Assembly (NCBI RefSeq): GCF_021869535.1
Contig: NW_026262723.1
Span: 88,970,001 to 89,034,000 of the forward strand
DNA: 64,000 bases
Reading direction: 5' to 3'
Source of the DNA: Mytilus californianus
Lineage: Eukaryota
The position numbers and the translations under genes were made by a program. The notes under the pieces are model-generated. The model was not told where the DNA came from. It ran no database searches and worked only from the letters and a program-made list of their open reading frames with translations. Of this stretch, positions 28,520-41,224 are shown one piece after another; position 1 is the stretch's first letter; each line of letters begins with the position of its first letter.

Positions 28520-28860
28520 TTTTGTTTTGGGTTGTCTTGGTCATGTTTTTCCTATATATTTTTTAAGTTGCGTGGTCATAATTTGACCCAGAGATTTTGT
28601 GGTCATTTGTTAGTCGATACATTTTTGAGTTGCCTTGGTCATGTATTATCCTTTGATTTTTTAATCTTAGTCATGTATTGTTCGATGTATTTTTGAGGTA
28701 CCTTAGTCATTATTGTTCTATGCATTTTTGAGTTGCCTTGGTCATGTATTGCGCTATGAATTTTTGAGTTGCCTTAGTCATGTATTGCCTAAATTTGTTT
28801 TAGTTGTCTTAGTCATCTATTGTTCTGTGGATTTTTGGAGTGCCTGTGTCATGTCTTGGT
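28520..28860. repeat. Degenerate tandem repeat, ~36-38-bp unit, ~9 copies
   Basis: Recurring ATTTTTGAGTTGCCTT(G/A)GTCATGTATT. Confidence 0.75.
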
Positions 28861-30236
28861 GTGCTGTATTGTTGGTTGCCATGTGTACTGTGGAGTTTTG
28901 GGTTGTGTTAATTACTGTATTTCGTTTTTTGGGCTGCCTTGAATTAGTATTGTCTGATTGCTTTTCGACATTTTGATTGCCCTTAAAACAAATTGAACTT
29001 GCGAAATAATTAAATACCAGTCCCAAGTCAGGAGGCAGTTGGTACAGATTTGTTTAACAAGACCATTTACAACGTCCCATACAACAGCCAAAAAATACTC
29101 CACAAATTAACAAAAAAACCAACGATCTTTAACAATTCACTAACGCCCACACTAGATGACAAACTCTATCACAGTAACTGCTATCATTTACATTGATTCA
29201 TAGAATCTTTACAAGTAGACAATGAATTCAACTCGACGAAAGAAAATTTGACGGCAATACCAAATAAAAGAAAAGAAAGAGAAACAGTTGTTGATAAAAT
29301 GCCATACTTCTGTCGGACAATCGAACAGTAACCTATTTTGTAGAGTACTCAACTCCCATGTTTCTTGACCATTACCATGCTATATATTCAACTGTCTGGT
29401 GAATTGTCTTATTCTTATGAATTGTGATTCAGTAAAATTTATAAGACTAAAAAAAACAGTACAGCATTACATTTATTTTATATGACATCGTACCTGCTGT
29501 TATTAATTGATGTTTTGTCTGATTTGAATTACAAGAGAAACAATTTATTATATAACGTTGATATGAACATAGTAACATAATGCCAAAATTTAAATAATAG
29601 GAAGCTTCGCGTGCCTAAAACATTTTAATTATTTAGAGAATTTGTTAGTTTTGTTAGTAACACCAATCTCAGATTTTATCGCGACAAAGTTGCAACATGT
29701 TTTTTTAAATTTTAGCTTTATTTGTTACAACTGCTGCATTTTTGTGGATTGTAAATCATTAATAGTAATATTCACGCAAATGGGTCCATGGATTGAGAGA
29801 ATGACATGACTTTACAAGCAAGGGCCATCTATGTGATCTAAACAAAGTTACATGACACGTTTGTTAAATAACTTTTATGTTAAACGAAGACAATAACAAA
29901 CAGATAACATCACATACATGCGTGCCAACAAATCTACATATAGAATTAAATATAATAACCTATTTCAAATGTGCACGATATTACATCGTCCATTTTGTCA
30001 CATAGTTGCCCTTGAATAAGATAACATTTCATCCCTGATCAAATATTTTGGTTTGTGAACAATTGGACTTGTCTTTATGACAATATGCATATAACATCGT
30101 GTAACGTACCGGGTTGAACTAAAAAATTATCCACAATTGGGACAATAGAATTAAAACGTCTTTATTTAATCTCGTAAAGTTAAGAGATATAGACTTCCTA
30201 TATCCCATTGATCTTTGTCAATTTATTTCGCTGCAG

Positions 30237-30327
30237 GTCATTAAATGAGATTCTAATAACAGGTCCAAAGGTCGGACTAGCGGCAACCAACTATACCAGG
30301 AATCCTGATTTGTTCACCCGTCACCCG
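30237..30327 (+). CDS. Wnt8: Wnt8 exon 2 (SLNEILITGPK plus 19-aa extension; alternative internal donor at 30270/30271)
   Basis: Acceptor CTGCAG|G. W-SLNEILITGPK matches the Wnt8-diagnostic WSVNNFL(M/I)TGPK N-terminus. Strong donor CCG|GTAAGC at 30327; weaker AAG|GTCGGA at 30270; both phase 0. Confidence 0.85.
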
Positions 30328-31267
30328 GTAAGCATTGTTCTCCGTAAACGGCTAATCTGCTTTTTCTATATAGATCTCGTAAAATCCATTGTGACTATTT
30401 ATATCGGGACAAATAGAATTATTAGGGTTTGGACTGTTCCGCTTAAGAAAATGCACATCATGAAAACAAACCATTGTATTTATAAAACTGTTTTTTATCG
30501 TATTAATACGTTTATTAGACACAGTACCAGAAGATCGATGTGTACGTATTGCCAAGAGGCCACTGCTTTGGTACTGATATATTTTAAGAAATGATATATT
30601 TCGTCACATATTTTTAAGTTAATAAAATATGTAATATTACCAAAAACTTAAGATTTTCCAACTTATGGCCTCGGAAACGTAACTATCGAGGGTTATTCCA
30701 GAAACACGTGACATGCGTACTGAAGACACTAATTATGAGGAGTAGTAGCCATGTATGAACCATGATCGAGAATGTGGAAATAGGGGTTGATATCCTGAAA
30801 AAAATGCTTAAAAATGGTCGATAATTTTTGAAAATTATGAAAATATCTGAATTTGTGAAATATATGCTCCCTTGAAAGTTACAACTCGCTGATAATAATA
30901 ACACAATATAATCATATTGACAGAGAAAAGTATGACAGCAATAGTTCTTGTTTACCTTTCCTCTAGTTATTTTTCCCCATCATATTTTTTAATTGATTAT
31001 TACCTACGTTTGTTTTGCACATTCTATAATCTGAATGAGTTAGCTGGAAGTCAAATGGTATACTAGTAAGGTGGTCCAAATGGGAATATAAAGGAAGTTA
31101 ATTATGTACTAATATATACCAGAATTTGTATTAATTTTAACCACAAAAGAAACGTCTTCCCTGTAATTAAATCCGTCTCGTGCTGCGAATTTTGTCAAAC
31201 TGCTTTATTCTCTTTTCTGAACAAGGAATTTGTACGAAACATGTCTAAACATAGTAAGACTTTGTAG

Positions 31268-31394
31268 GTAGAGGCAAAAATTTTGGAAAGTGTCAGAAAG
31301 GGAACATTAAAAGCTCAAGAAGAATGTCAACATCAGTTTAAATGGGAAAGATGGAATTGTCCTGCAGATACGGCACCCTTTGATCAAGATTTTG
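31268..31394 (+). CDS. Wnt8: Wnt8 exon 3 (VEAKILES...EECQHQFKWERWNCP...DF)
   Basis: TTTGTAG| acceptor and G|GTGAGT donor; 127 nt, phase 0 to 1; conserved Wnt EC..QF.W.RWNC motif. Confidence 0.92.
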
Positions 31395-31886
31395 GTGAGT
31401 TTGTAATCACGCTGTGGATTTTTATATGCATTGAGAAGAGGAAGGTGACAATAGTATTATATACTAGAAAATGATATATGATTTGTTTGCTCATTTTCTT
31501 TTTTGAAATCACTTGAATGTCTTCAACAATATTCTTTGTAAGTTGCACTTTACAACAAAATTAAGTTAGTTCTTATATAGATATATGCCGATAACTGCTA
31601 TACATTTTTTTAAACCAAACTTACTAATGAACTTAAACGCTTAAGCGGGATGTAACAATTATAATATATATAAAATATCGACGAAGTAGGCATACAAATA
31701 CTTAACTTTGATGCTTGTTCATAATATTGTGAAAATTGACTGAAAAGCATGAATTGATATCCACATGTAAAAGAGAAGTGGTACTTCCATTTTAGTCGCA
31801 AGTCATCCAGAGGTATCGATTGTATTTACATACATATTTCAAATGCTTGTACTTTTCCCTATATGTAAAACAAATTATAATCATAT

Positions 31887-32077
31887 TTATCCTTTGTTGT
31901 CACTAACTTTTATTTTGTACACTCCATCAGGATGTGAACAAAACTGCCAGATACATTGCAAATTTTTGATATGTTGACAAAACACGCACAATACATCTGC
32001 CATACCGGAAGTTGCTGTCAGTCCGAACTCGGCTTGGTTTTTGCTCTTATATTGCCCCGTACATGGGTCTCTTGTTT
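31887..32077 (-). CDS. Nested antisense gene, exon 3 of 3 (cysteine cluster, ends ...DNKG-stop)
   Basis: Minus-strand acceptor TTTTTTGTTAATTGCAG|AA at 32078/32077, phase 1 as required by exon 2; open to the stop at 31887. Confidence 0.7.
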
Positions 32078-32572
32078 CTGCAATTAACAAAAAAGGGTTT
32101 ATCAAACTTAACGAGTCGTATTGTGTAATGAAGGTTTAATTAAAGACTATTTCATACTGACAACATCCATTGTTTGTCAGTTGATATAAACAAGAGGGAG
32201 AATATCCTCAAAGATTATGATTGTTCTAGAATTGGTTATAAAAACGACAACTACATCGATTAGAAAAAAAGAAAAGAAACTTAAATATCGTGACTGAGAT
32301 ATATTCAATTCCTGTATAAGCAAAGCATTAAACAGTACATGAACAGTGAATTGAACAATGCTGATACTTTCTAAATTAGCACAATTTGCGAACATTTTAA
32401 ACCGAAAACGTATAAATCCTCAAAGAAGCTGATAGAACTGAAAAAAAAGTGATTCCAGCAAGTCATATTAAGTAGTGGATTCTAATAAGTAAACACCGAT
32501 TTCGAATATTTCTGTAAATATGGATAACCTTGTCAATAGTGATATTTGATATAAGAATAACATTGAATATAC

Positions 32573-32968
32573 CTCCTCCATCATCAAAGGATAACATAGG
32601 GTTAACACTAGGATCGCATTCCACTTTCTGGTGACTATTTCGCCGCAATAGATATCCTTCTTTGGGTACCAGAAATTGTAGTTTTGAGCGGGATTGATGG
32701 CCTGTTAGATATCCAGTAACTCTATCGTAATACATAATAGGGATAGCTTGTATGTCATGCTCTACATGATTGTGCTGAAATACTGGAATGGCTCCAGATC
32801 TAGGATCCCATAAAAATTGGCGCCCATACTGGTCTCTAAACAAGCGTTGCTTGTTATTTATTCGTTCTCTGCTATCCTCTATACCCTGAATGATTGCCTC
32901 CGGATTCTGTTGAAAGGCTTTTGCTAAGCCATTCCAATACACATCGTTGCTCTTGCTGTGCGTGGCTC
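32573..32968 (-). CDS. Nested antisense gene, exon 2 of 3
   Basis: Acceptor TTTTTTAACAG|GA at 32969/32968; 131 uninterrupted non-repetitive codons; donor G|GTATAT at 32573/32572 (phase 1, moderately weak). Confidence 0.72.
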
Positions 32969-33084
32969 CTGTTAAAAAATGTTAAGTTTAATTGTTCATT
33001 CAAATTTGAGAGAGAATACATGGTACTAAAATTCATTTCCCATAAATTATTGTGACGAAAAGGTTAGAAAAACCCCTGACTCAC

Positions 33085-33238
33085 CGCTCGGTACATTTCT
33101 GTTATAAATTCCATATACAGGAAGATCGAATGTTGATGCTGTCCAATGTTGTGCAAAGGAAATGGCAACAATATAGGAATATAATATAATATAACAAAAA
33201 CATCCGATTTTTAGTCCAAAACACATTTTAAAATTCAT
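33085..33238 (-). CDS. Nested antisense gene, exon 1 of 3 (signal-peptide-like MNFKMCFGLKIGCFCYIILYSYIVAISFA)
   Basis: ATG at 33238; hydrophobic leader ending in ISFA; strong donor G|GTGAGT at 33085/33084, phase 1, joins exon 2 in frame across a 116-nt intron. Confidence 0.72.
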
Positions 33239-33641
33239 TTAGAATAAATGTGGTAAATATTGAGGGAAATACCGGGTAGAACATGTCTATAGAAATGTGT
33301 CACCTGACATCTTGTTGACAAGACATATGACAAATTACTAATTCCTTAGGGGTATTTCGGTCCAAAAGTTTATGGTTAGGATGTAACTTGTAATGCAATA
33401 ATATTAACCCACTTCAATATTCGTACATACGTTTTATTTAACAGTTTGAAACTTAATTGAGCAGTGTAATTTTCAGCGAGTAAAAAAATCTGAGAATGTT
33501 TAAACATACATCTGCTAAGATTTCAATGAATTCGGTCTGACATTTTAAAATATAGATTATATCACAAATTATATGAGAATGTTATCCATGCTATGTTCAT
33601 CCATCAGTGTTGTTGTAATGGAAAAAACTTTTCTGTTTCAG

Positions 33642-33767
33642 CTACCAGAGAAGCTGCTTTTGTTCAATCTATCAACGCTGCTGGAATAATGCACGTGGTC
33701 ACACAACAGTGTAGCTCTGGACAGGAAACATTTTGCACGTGTGATAATTCCAGAAATGGACAACCTG
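33642..33767 (+). CDS. Wnt8: Wnt8 exon 4 (ATREAAFVQSINAAG...CSSG...CTCD)
   Basis: TTTCAG| acceptor and G|GTAAGT donor; 126 nt, phase 1 to 1; canonical TRE.AF motif. Confidence 0.93.
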
Positions 33768-34351
33768 GTAAGTTCTGATTACAGCATTGATCAATATATT
33801 TATACATCACATTTATGTCATCTCTCAATGTTGTTGGAAGTGTAATTCGTCTGATGCGATCGGTGTATATAATGTTTAATGAATAAGGGTCAACAGTTGC
33901 AAATTAAAGATGTGAGTTTACATCGATGTGTTGTTTACTATGTTCAAAACTCGTAAATCCATTCAAAATTCACCAAAATATATATAAATTTAACTTTTGC
34001 GTAGGAGATATCTCATTAGAACATACGTTTGATACATTGTCAACCAGTTCATACAGTGTTGAAAATGTATTAAAGTTTGCCCTTCGTATTTCCCATACTC
34101 AAAATTTCAAATCAATTGAATGAAAATCAACATTTTTTCGTTCATCTTTTAGTATTTTTTCAATAGATCAGAAGAGTTTAGCTGATTTCCACAGCAAAAT
34201 CCATGTTATCTTTGTTCATGATTTAGACGATTGTTTGTATTACATCCTCCATCTTGAACTAGTAGGACTTGAACGATAGCCTTTACATATCCATATCTAT
34301 AAACAACCCATGTGCCTTAAAAGAGTATTAACATATGTTTATTTTCGACAG

Positions 34352-34494
34352 GTGGCTATAATTGGAAGTGGGGAGGATGTAGTGATAACATCAAGTTTGG
34401 AGACGAATTAACATACAAGTTTCTAAAAGGGTTGACATCTGGAAAGAATGAAAATGCTGCAATGCAGCTACAAAACTATGGTGCAGGACGCCAG
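34352..34494 (+). CDS. Wnt8: Wnt8 exon 5 (WKWGGCSDNIKFG...AAMQLQNYGAGRQ)
   Basis: CGACAG| acceptor and CAG|GTATGT donor; 143 nt; WGGCSD motif. Not in the ORF track. Confidence 0.93.
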
Positions 34495-35101
34495 GTATGT
34501 AAAAAATAGATCTTAGTGTTTTGGGTTTATTGTTCATTTTCATTTTTTTTTCTATCAAATTATTGGTTTGAATTATTTATGCAGTCTTTACTTCAAAACT
34601 TTATATTTTAACCATTGTTATCTGCTCCAAGTTTTCTAACATATGTCTTGCTAATTTTTTGTTTGTATATGCTATGATCAAAGTCTTTTGTTTTACTATG
34701 CATATTAGTTTGTTGTTTTATATGTAACTTTTTTTATTACGTGTGGTTATGGATATAGAGAACACTGCTTGAGTCGACGCCTATGGCAGTCTTGACTTTG
34801 GTTAAGGTTTTAGCTATTTATTTCTTCATTAATACTTCTTTAAATTAACAAAATGAAGAAAATCAATAAAAGCGTTTTTCTTCTGTTCATTTGATACATA
34901 AGTCTTTTTCCAAGTATTTTGTAAGATTTCTTTGGCTACGTATATCTTTCTTTGTACTATTTAGGGTAAAGCATATTCATGCTGTACAAAACAGGGAGTC
35001 GGAATTATTCAATACATATATTTAGTTTGCGTGCTTCCAGTATCACAAGTTAATATAAACGTTGATTTTTGTTTTGTAACAATTTATTTTGTTTTTTGCA
35101 G

Positions 35102-35599
35102 GCTGTTGCAAGGAATACTAAAATGGTGTGTAAGTGTCATGGTTTATCTGGAGATTGTTCTATCAGAACATGCTGGCAACAAGTCGCCACCTTCCGTGAA
35201 ATTGGACAGTTTTTAAAACAACGTTACAAGAAGGCAAAATTTGTCAATTATTTTGACGGCCAACTCCGACAAGGGAATGATGCAAGAACTCGCGAATTAG
35301 CCATATTTTCCAAAAAACAATTAGCATTTTTACAGAAATCTCCAAACTACTGCAGAGAAGACCATGTGTTGAACATAAAAGGAACAAAAGGTAGACAATG
35401 TATTCGAAGTAAAAATAAAAATGCTATGACAACTTCAGAACGAAAGAGTTGTCGAACTTTATGCAAATCTTGCGGATATAAAGTAAAGAAAGTGACAGTG
35501 GACGTAAGCAACACATGCAACTGTAAATTTCGATGGTGTTGTAAGGTGAAATGTGACAAATGTGTGTCAAGGGAAAATAATTATTACTGTGTAAGATAG
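35102..35599 (+). CDS. Wnt8: Wnt8 exon 6 (CKCHGLSGDC acylation motif to C-terminal cysteine-rich domain); full protein 351 aa (332 aa with short exon 2), 22 mature Cys
   Basis: TTTTTTGCAG| acceptor; CKCHGLSGDCSIRTCW, SPNYC, GTKGRQC and CNCKFRWCCKVKCDKC motifs; stop at 35597-35599. Confidence 0.95.
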   Translation, partial: AVARNTKMVCKCHGLSGDCSIRTCWQQVATFREIGQFLKQRYKKAKFVNYFDGQLRQGNDARTRELAIFSKKQLAFLQKSPNYCREDHVLNIKGTKGRQCIRSKNKNAMTTSERKSCRTLCKSCGYKVKKVTVDVSNTCNCKFRWCCKVKCDKCVSRENNYYCVR

Positions 35600-35892
35600 G
35601 ACAATTTCTTTACGATTTATTATCTGATCTCATATTCGTTAACTGAGAAATGCTACTCCAGCCAAAACGAAGACATTTTCGTGGTTTATTGTTTTATGAC
35701 TAATGCCACCTCAACCAATGAGGTATAATGTATAATTTAAAGAACAGGCAAACATGACAATGCCATTTTGTTGTTAATCATATTTTTTGTTGTTGTTTAT
35801 ATTTATATATTTTATTATTTCTATAAATAGACATAAATCACTATTATAATTTATTTTCATTTATGCCATGGTAATTATATCAAAAGAGCTAA

Positions 35893-35898
35893 AATAAA
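35893..35898 (+). terminator. Candidate Wnt8 polyadenylation signal AATAAA
   Basis: Canonical hexamer about 300 nt after the stop, just before a retroelement; could be chance in AT-rich DNA. Confidence 0.3.
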
Positions 35899-35982
35899 TA
35901 ATTTTCATATCCCTGAATAGTCCAGAAATGTACAGAAGAACTTATTGCATGTCAAATTCAAATTAGGTAGAATACAGCATGC

Positions 35983-38110
35983 AAACGGGGAATGTGTCAA
36001 AGAGACAACAACCCGACTAAAGAGCAGAAAACAGCCCAAGGCCACCAATTAGTCTTCAACGCAACGAGAAAATCTCGTACCCGGAGGCGAACTTCAGCTG
36101 GCCCCAAAACAATAATGTATACTAGTTCAGTGGAATGGACGCCACACTAAACTCCGAAACAAAACAAATGAACAACAATTTAAAAAAAACGCAAAAGACT
36201 AACAAAGGCTGGAGGTTCCTGATTTGGGACAGGCGCAAAAATGCGGCGGGGTTAACCATGTTTTGTGGCATATTACCTTATACCTCTTACCTATATGGAA
36301 TAAACAAACACACAGCTAAACGCACAGTAAATATCAGTTTAAAAGAAGTCCGAGTCCGATGTTAGAATAGGTTACAGAAGAAACTAAGCAAAATGACAAT
36401 GATCAACATAAATTAACAAAGGACTACTAAGAGTTACCGACATGCCAGATCCAGACCTCAATTAAACCTATCGAAAAATTATATCTTCATCATATGAAAT
36501 TCAACCACAATCCCTCCCGTTATGAGTTTAGTATCATGCCATCATAATTTAGACGAGAAGAACATAACACGAATCATGCCAACAACGGGTTTAAGAATCA
36601 ATGTGTCTATTTTCGTTGCAAATACCCTATGTGTGAATCAATATTTATTCCAAAAAATGCCATCTTTAATGACTTGACAACAGTATCGTAACTATATCCC
36701 TTGTGAAAAGTCTGTTTTTAAGGTTTGTGTAGCTTTTAAGGTGAATGACGACATCAGTGATACAGATATTTTTTTCGTTAAAATCGAATACGTTGTTACA
36801 TATACGAGCGAATCGAACATGTTGAAATATATAAATACCATACTATGGTGCCAAGGGAATGTCACCATCTAAAAATGGATAATTAATAATAGGAAATGAA
36901 AAATTATCTCTTTTATCGTAAACTTAAGTATTAGCTTCCCGGTAGAGATATAGATATCAAGATCCAGGAAAAGACAGTGTTCATTGTTTGTATTAGCTTT
37001 ATTTAAAGTAAATTCAACATTATAAATCTCTTAAGTGTACATGCTGAAGTCCGTCATTATTGAGAGCCAAATATCATCCCAATACCTTAAAGTGTGATTT
37101 AAACTTTTGTATCAGATGTCGTTTTGACGGGTCTTTGCCGATTTTAGACAAAATTGGGATCCGTAACAATACAGAACCAGGGCTGCAATAAGTGGTACAC
37201 TATTAGTCCCCATTGAACTCCGATAACTTGGCGATATACGGAATCCCTATAGCGAATAAAAATGTTATCTAGAAAAGATTAAACTTGCAGTTATCATGTC
37301 AAAGCAGGTCCAATTCCCATAGTTCTATTGTTTGGTGTTACTAAAAATTACCTAAGAGTTTGAACATATATATTTACATTCTGACTTTTTAAATGCCCAT
37401 TTGATCAGGTATGTGAATTTATTCTTACTGAGATTATGAGGCTGAGTGGTATATAGGGTAGAAAAATAAAAACTTTGAACAGATTCGAAAGCACCAATAT
37501 GAGTATAAAATTTATCAAATACTTCCAACGAATTGTTTACACTCCAAAAGTAATTAGTTCCACTATTTTTGTAGACCTTATTTGAAAAATTTACTACCAG
37601 GTTTTTGATTGTACCAAGTGTACTAGTTAGAAAAATAGACAGTTTAGTAGTGGAACAATGACTTGAAGAAGAAATTAATCTATATTTGTAAGGTGTTTTG
37701 TGCAGCTTCGGAAGCCAGTATATAGTTGGAACTTTCATGTTATTCGGTTCTGCCTGCTAAGAGGTAGCTCTCCTGTTTTATATGTTATATTTTCTTTTTG
37801 CAGAACCCCAATATAAAACTAATGTCAAACAATAATGATATTATTGGCAGCCTTATCAGCGGCACATAAACACATTCTACACTGAACACATTCCTTGTCG
37901 ATTTCTTTTGGCTTATGTTTGACGAGAAATAGGGCTATCATGGTTGTTGTTTAGAGTAAAATGCTCTTTAAAATGTTTAATACAAATATCAACTTATTTT
38001 CATTACTGATTTGAAAAAGAAGAATCTAAGGATTTTTTGTCAGCTTTTTCTCGTTTTATCCATTTTATACAGTAAGTAAGGAGTGAGTTGTGGATGATGT
38101 TACTACACTC
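35983..38110 (-). mobile_element. Decayed Penelope-like RT retroelement (~2.1 kb) with 3' tail
   Basis: Minus strand reads ADKAANN-like motif, ORF 37352-37738 (YWLPKLHKTPYKYRLISSSSHCSTTKLS...FSTLYTT), frameshifted LDNIFI..G..YRQVIG and YDKRDNFSF remnants, running into the dispersed repeat at 35983-36355. Confidence 0.8.
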
Positions 38111-39996
38111 ATCCACTTAATAATTGACGGGGGACGATATTTCGGTCCTTGCCTAAGATATGATTTCAACTCTCGGTCCTGGACGATGTTAAGGTCTCCT
38201 GCAAAACATGGGAACTGGGGCAATACATGTATTTGGATTTATTGTAATTTCACGACGTAATTGTATTGTCACTGACATTCCCATCTTTCAGTGGCGGATC
38301 CAGAAATTTGACTGCTTAAAAGAGGGCCCGCTCCAGTCATGCTTCAGTGATTCCCTATATAATCAAACAATTTTTTCCCACAAAAGGGGGGGGGGCACCC
38401 TGCCCAATAAAACCGCCTCTGTCTTTACACACCTCGCTATAATGAATTCACATTTCCGGGTAGATTATATTTGCCTCATTTTGAAATCGGTTATTTTCTT
38501 TTTAAAGATTTTATTCGATAACATTCCTGTGTGACGTCAGCTTATTTTCCTGCATTGATGTTTTCACCATAATCATATTCATATCATCTTATGGCATCAA
38601 TGCCATGTGCATTTTCTGGGTCTTGATTTTTTTATGGCTGTATAACTGCTCCAGTACGTTGACGCACTCATTACTTATCATGTCATTAAAACTAGGAAAC
38701 TTGTCGACTACAAAAAAAGGATTTACCTTTGTCTCTCTGGTCGCCTCATTTTAAGTCACGTCGAACATTTTTCTGATGACAAAACACCCCAAAGGTTGAC
38801 TGGTGTGTATAAATACGGTCAAGTTAACTTTCACAGTCATGTAGTAAGACATATGCTATGAGGATGCCCATTACGCTGTGCAGTTAGTAAAAAATATGCA
38901 GCCACGTACGACCGGCATGTGGACCTTTATCCGAACCTCCGCAATAACTTATTGAAGATTCTGTATGGCAAACACTAATACAATCCCAAATGGAATGAGA
39001 TACAGTAATCATATCTTTTTTCTTTTCCATATATTTTTGTTAGATAATCACGTTTACACTTTTTATGAAATACTTTTGGAGGAGAATCAACACATTGGTC
39101 GCAACGAACCGATATTTTACATGTAAAATACATCCTGTATTTACAAACGTGACTATCTCAGTTATCCATTGTCAGGTTCCCATTCAGTACTAGTATTAAC
39201 ATTTCCTTTGCCCTATCGTTTGACATTTACATTTCGCAATTGATACATTACGTGCATGGATAGTCACGTTATTAAAATTTACTGGCGGGGGTGTGCTCCT
39301 AACATCAAAACTGGCAGGGTTATGAGAAATAACAACTGAAATCGGTACTTTCTAAGTTTCACGGTCACCATTCCAAATTGATTGACTGATACGACTTGTC
39401 TCAACTCATAACAGACATGTATTTGTGGTCTTTAGAGCACAGGCTATCGGAATAGTCGTCTTAAATGTAAAGGAGAAGGTATGATCAAGCCACCTTTTAG
39501 TTCCTTGAATTCGAAAATCAAAATGTATTACAAATCTACTAAAACTAATATCCAGATGGTCATAAGACATTAGACTGTCAGACATCAGTGTTAACGTCTT
39601 TCAATTTCGTCTTAAGTATCTGTATACTGTATCGTTTGAACAAAAACGCCAAAATAGTCCCATTTCACAACTTACCATTTACATTTAGATATGAGCAAAA
39701 AAGTATAAAAAAAATATCGAACTGCAAGGTAAATTAAAAAAGGGGAAGTCCATAAAAACTGAAAAAATCAAACGTTATGAACCAACGGAACGCGTTGAAA
39801 ACAACTATCATATTCCTGGCTTGGTACAGGGATTTTCCGAAGAAAATGGTGTGTTAAACCTGGTTTTATAGCTAGCTAAACCTCCAACTTGTCTGACATT
39901 TGTTTATAGTTCCGTTATATTTACATGTATTCCGATGAACGCAGTTTTTACCCAAAATAATATTTTTCTACAAAAAGTATTTTACAAAGATGTTTA

Positions 39997-40389
39997 TAAA
40001 ATTGAGAATGGAAATGGGGAATGTGTCAAAGAGACAACAACCCAACCATAGAGCAGACAACAGCCGAAGGCCACCAATGGGTCTTCAATGCAGCGAGAAA
40101 CTCCCGCACCCGGAGGCGTCCTTCAGCTGGCCCCTAAACAAATATGTATACTAGTTCAGTGATAAAGGACGTCATACTAAACTCCAAATTATACACAAGA
40201 AACTAAAATTAAAAATGATACAAGACTAACAAAGGCCAGAGGCTCCTGACTTGGGACAGGCGCAAAAATGCGGCGGGATTAAACATGTTTTTTGAGATCT
40301 CAACTCTCCCCCTATACCTCTAGCCAATGTAGAAAAAACAAACGCACAACAGTACGCACAGTAAAACTCAGTTTAAAAGAAGTCCGAGT
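39997..40389 (-). mobile_element. Short 5'-truncated copy (3' tail) of the 35983-38110 element family
   Basis: Near-identical to 35983-36355 (GGGGAATGTGTCAAAGAGACAACAACCC...GAAGTCCGAGT); absent from the matching position of duplicate unit 2. Confidence 0.8.
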
Positions 40390-41224
40390 AAGAATATTAC
40401 CATAAAAGATTGGATGTGAAATACCCGAACGTATAAGATGTCTGCATGTTGAGTTATATTTACGAATGATGTCCTTATACCGATGATAAAATTTAGTAAA
40501 TGTTTTGACTAGTTTATGATATCGAAAACCCTGGTGTAATAATAATGTATGTAAGGCCTCTGCTCATGTCTATTTTGTACTAATACTATGCGTAAAACGA
40601 CCATTTTAGATTAAAAAAAATGTTAATTTCGACATGTTTATGACATCATAGTGACATCACAAGTGACATTTAGGCTCTAAACTGTCCAGATTATATCAAC
40701 CTGTTCATTTATCAATAAAATTAATATAATTTTGAAAGACTTTTGACTTTGACTTTGATTTTATTATTTTTGCAATCATACGGACCAAATAATGGCTTTT
40801 ATCATACATCCTTCTTTACCGATTGTAAATTTTGAATGAGCCTGGATTAGGATGAAAGGTCATGCTGCATAAAAGGCAGCGCTTACTTTGTCCAGGCATC
40901 CTGTTTCAACCGTTGTGCGTCAAAGCGATTCCCTCAATATGTTATCATGAGATGTGTTTATGGATTTACGAAATATGAAAATCGATAAATTACTGCTTTT
41001 ATTTTTCACTCCTCTTTTGATTAAATGTGGATTCGAATGGCGGGAGTGCATGTATAGCAGGAGACGCTTATCTGGATGCAAATCATCGCTTCTTTTAGAA
41101 ATCTTGCTATTCAATGAAAACCTTGATTTGTAATTTTTAATGGATTTATGAGATTTAAACATCGGTGATCTACTGTTATCTGTAACCACGTCATACAAGT
41201 AATGGTATGTTCAAGACGCTTTCA

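Noticed and set aside
1679-33238. Idea that the nested peptide is the ligand of the neighbouring GPCR, or that the sulfotransferase and Wnt8 form a functional cluster
   Set aside because: Only proximity supports it; neighbouring animal genes are usually functionally unrelated.
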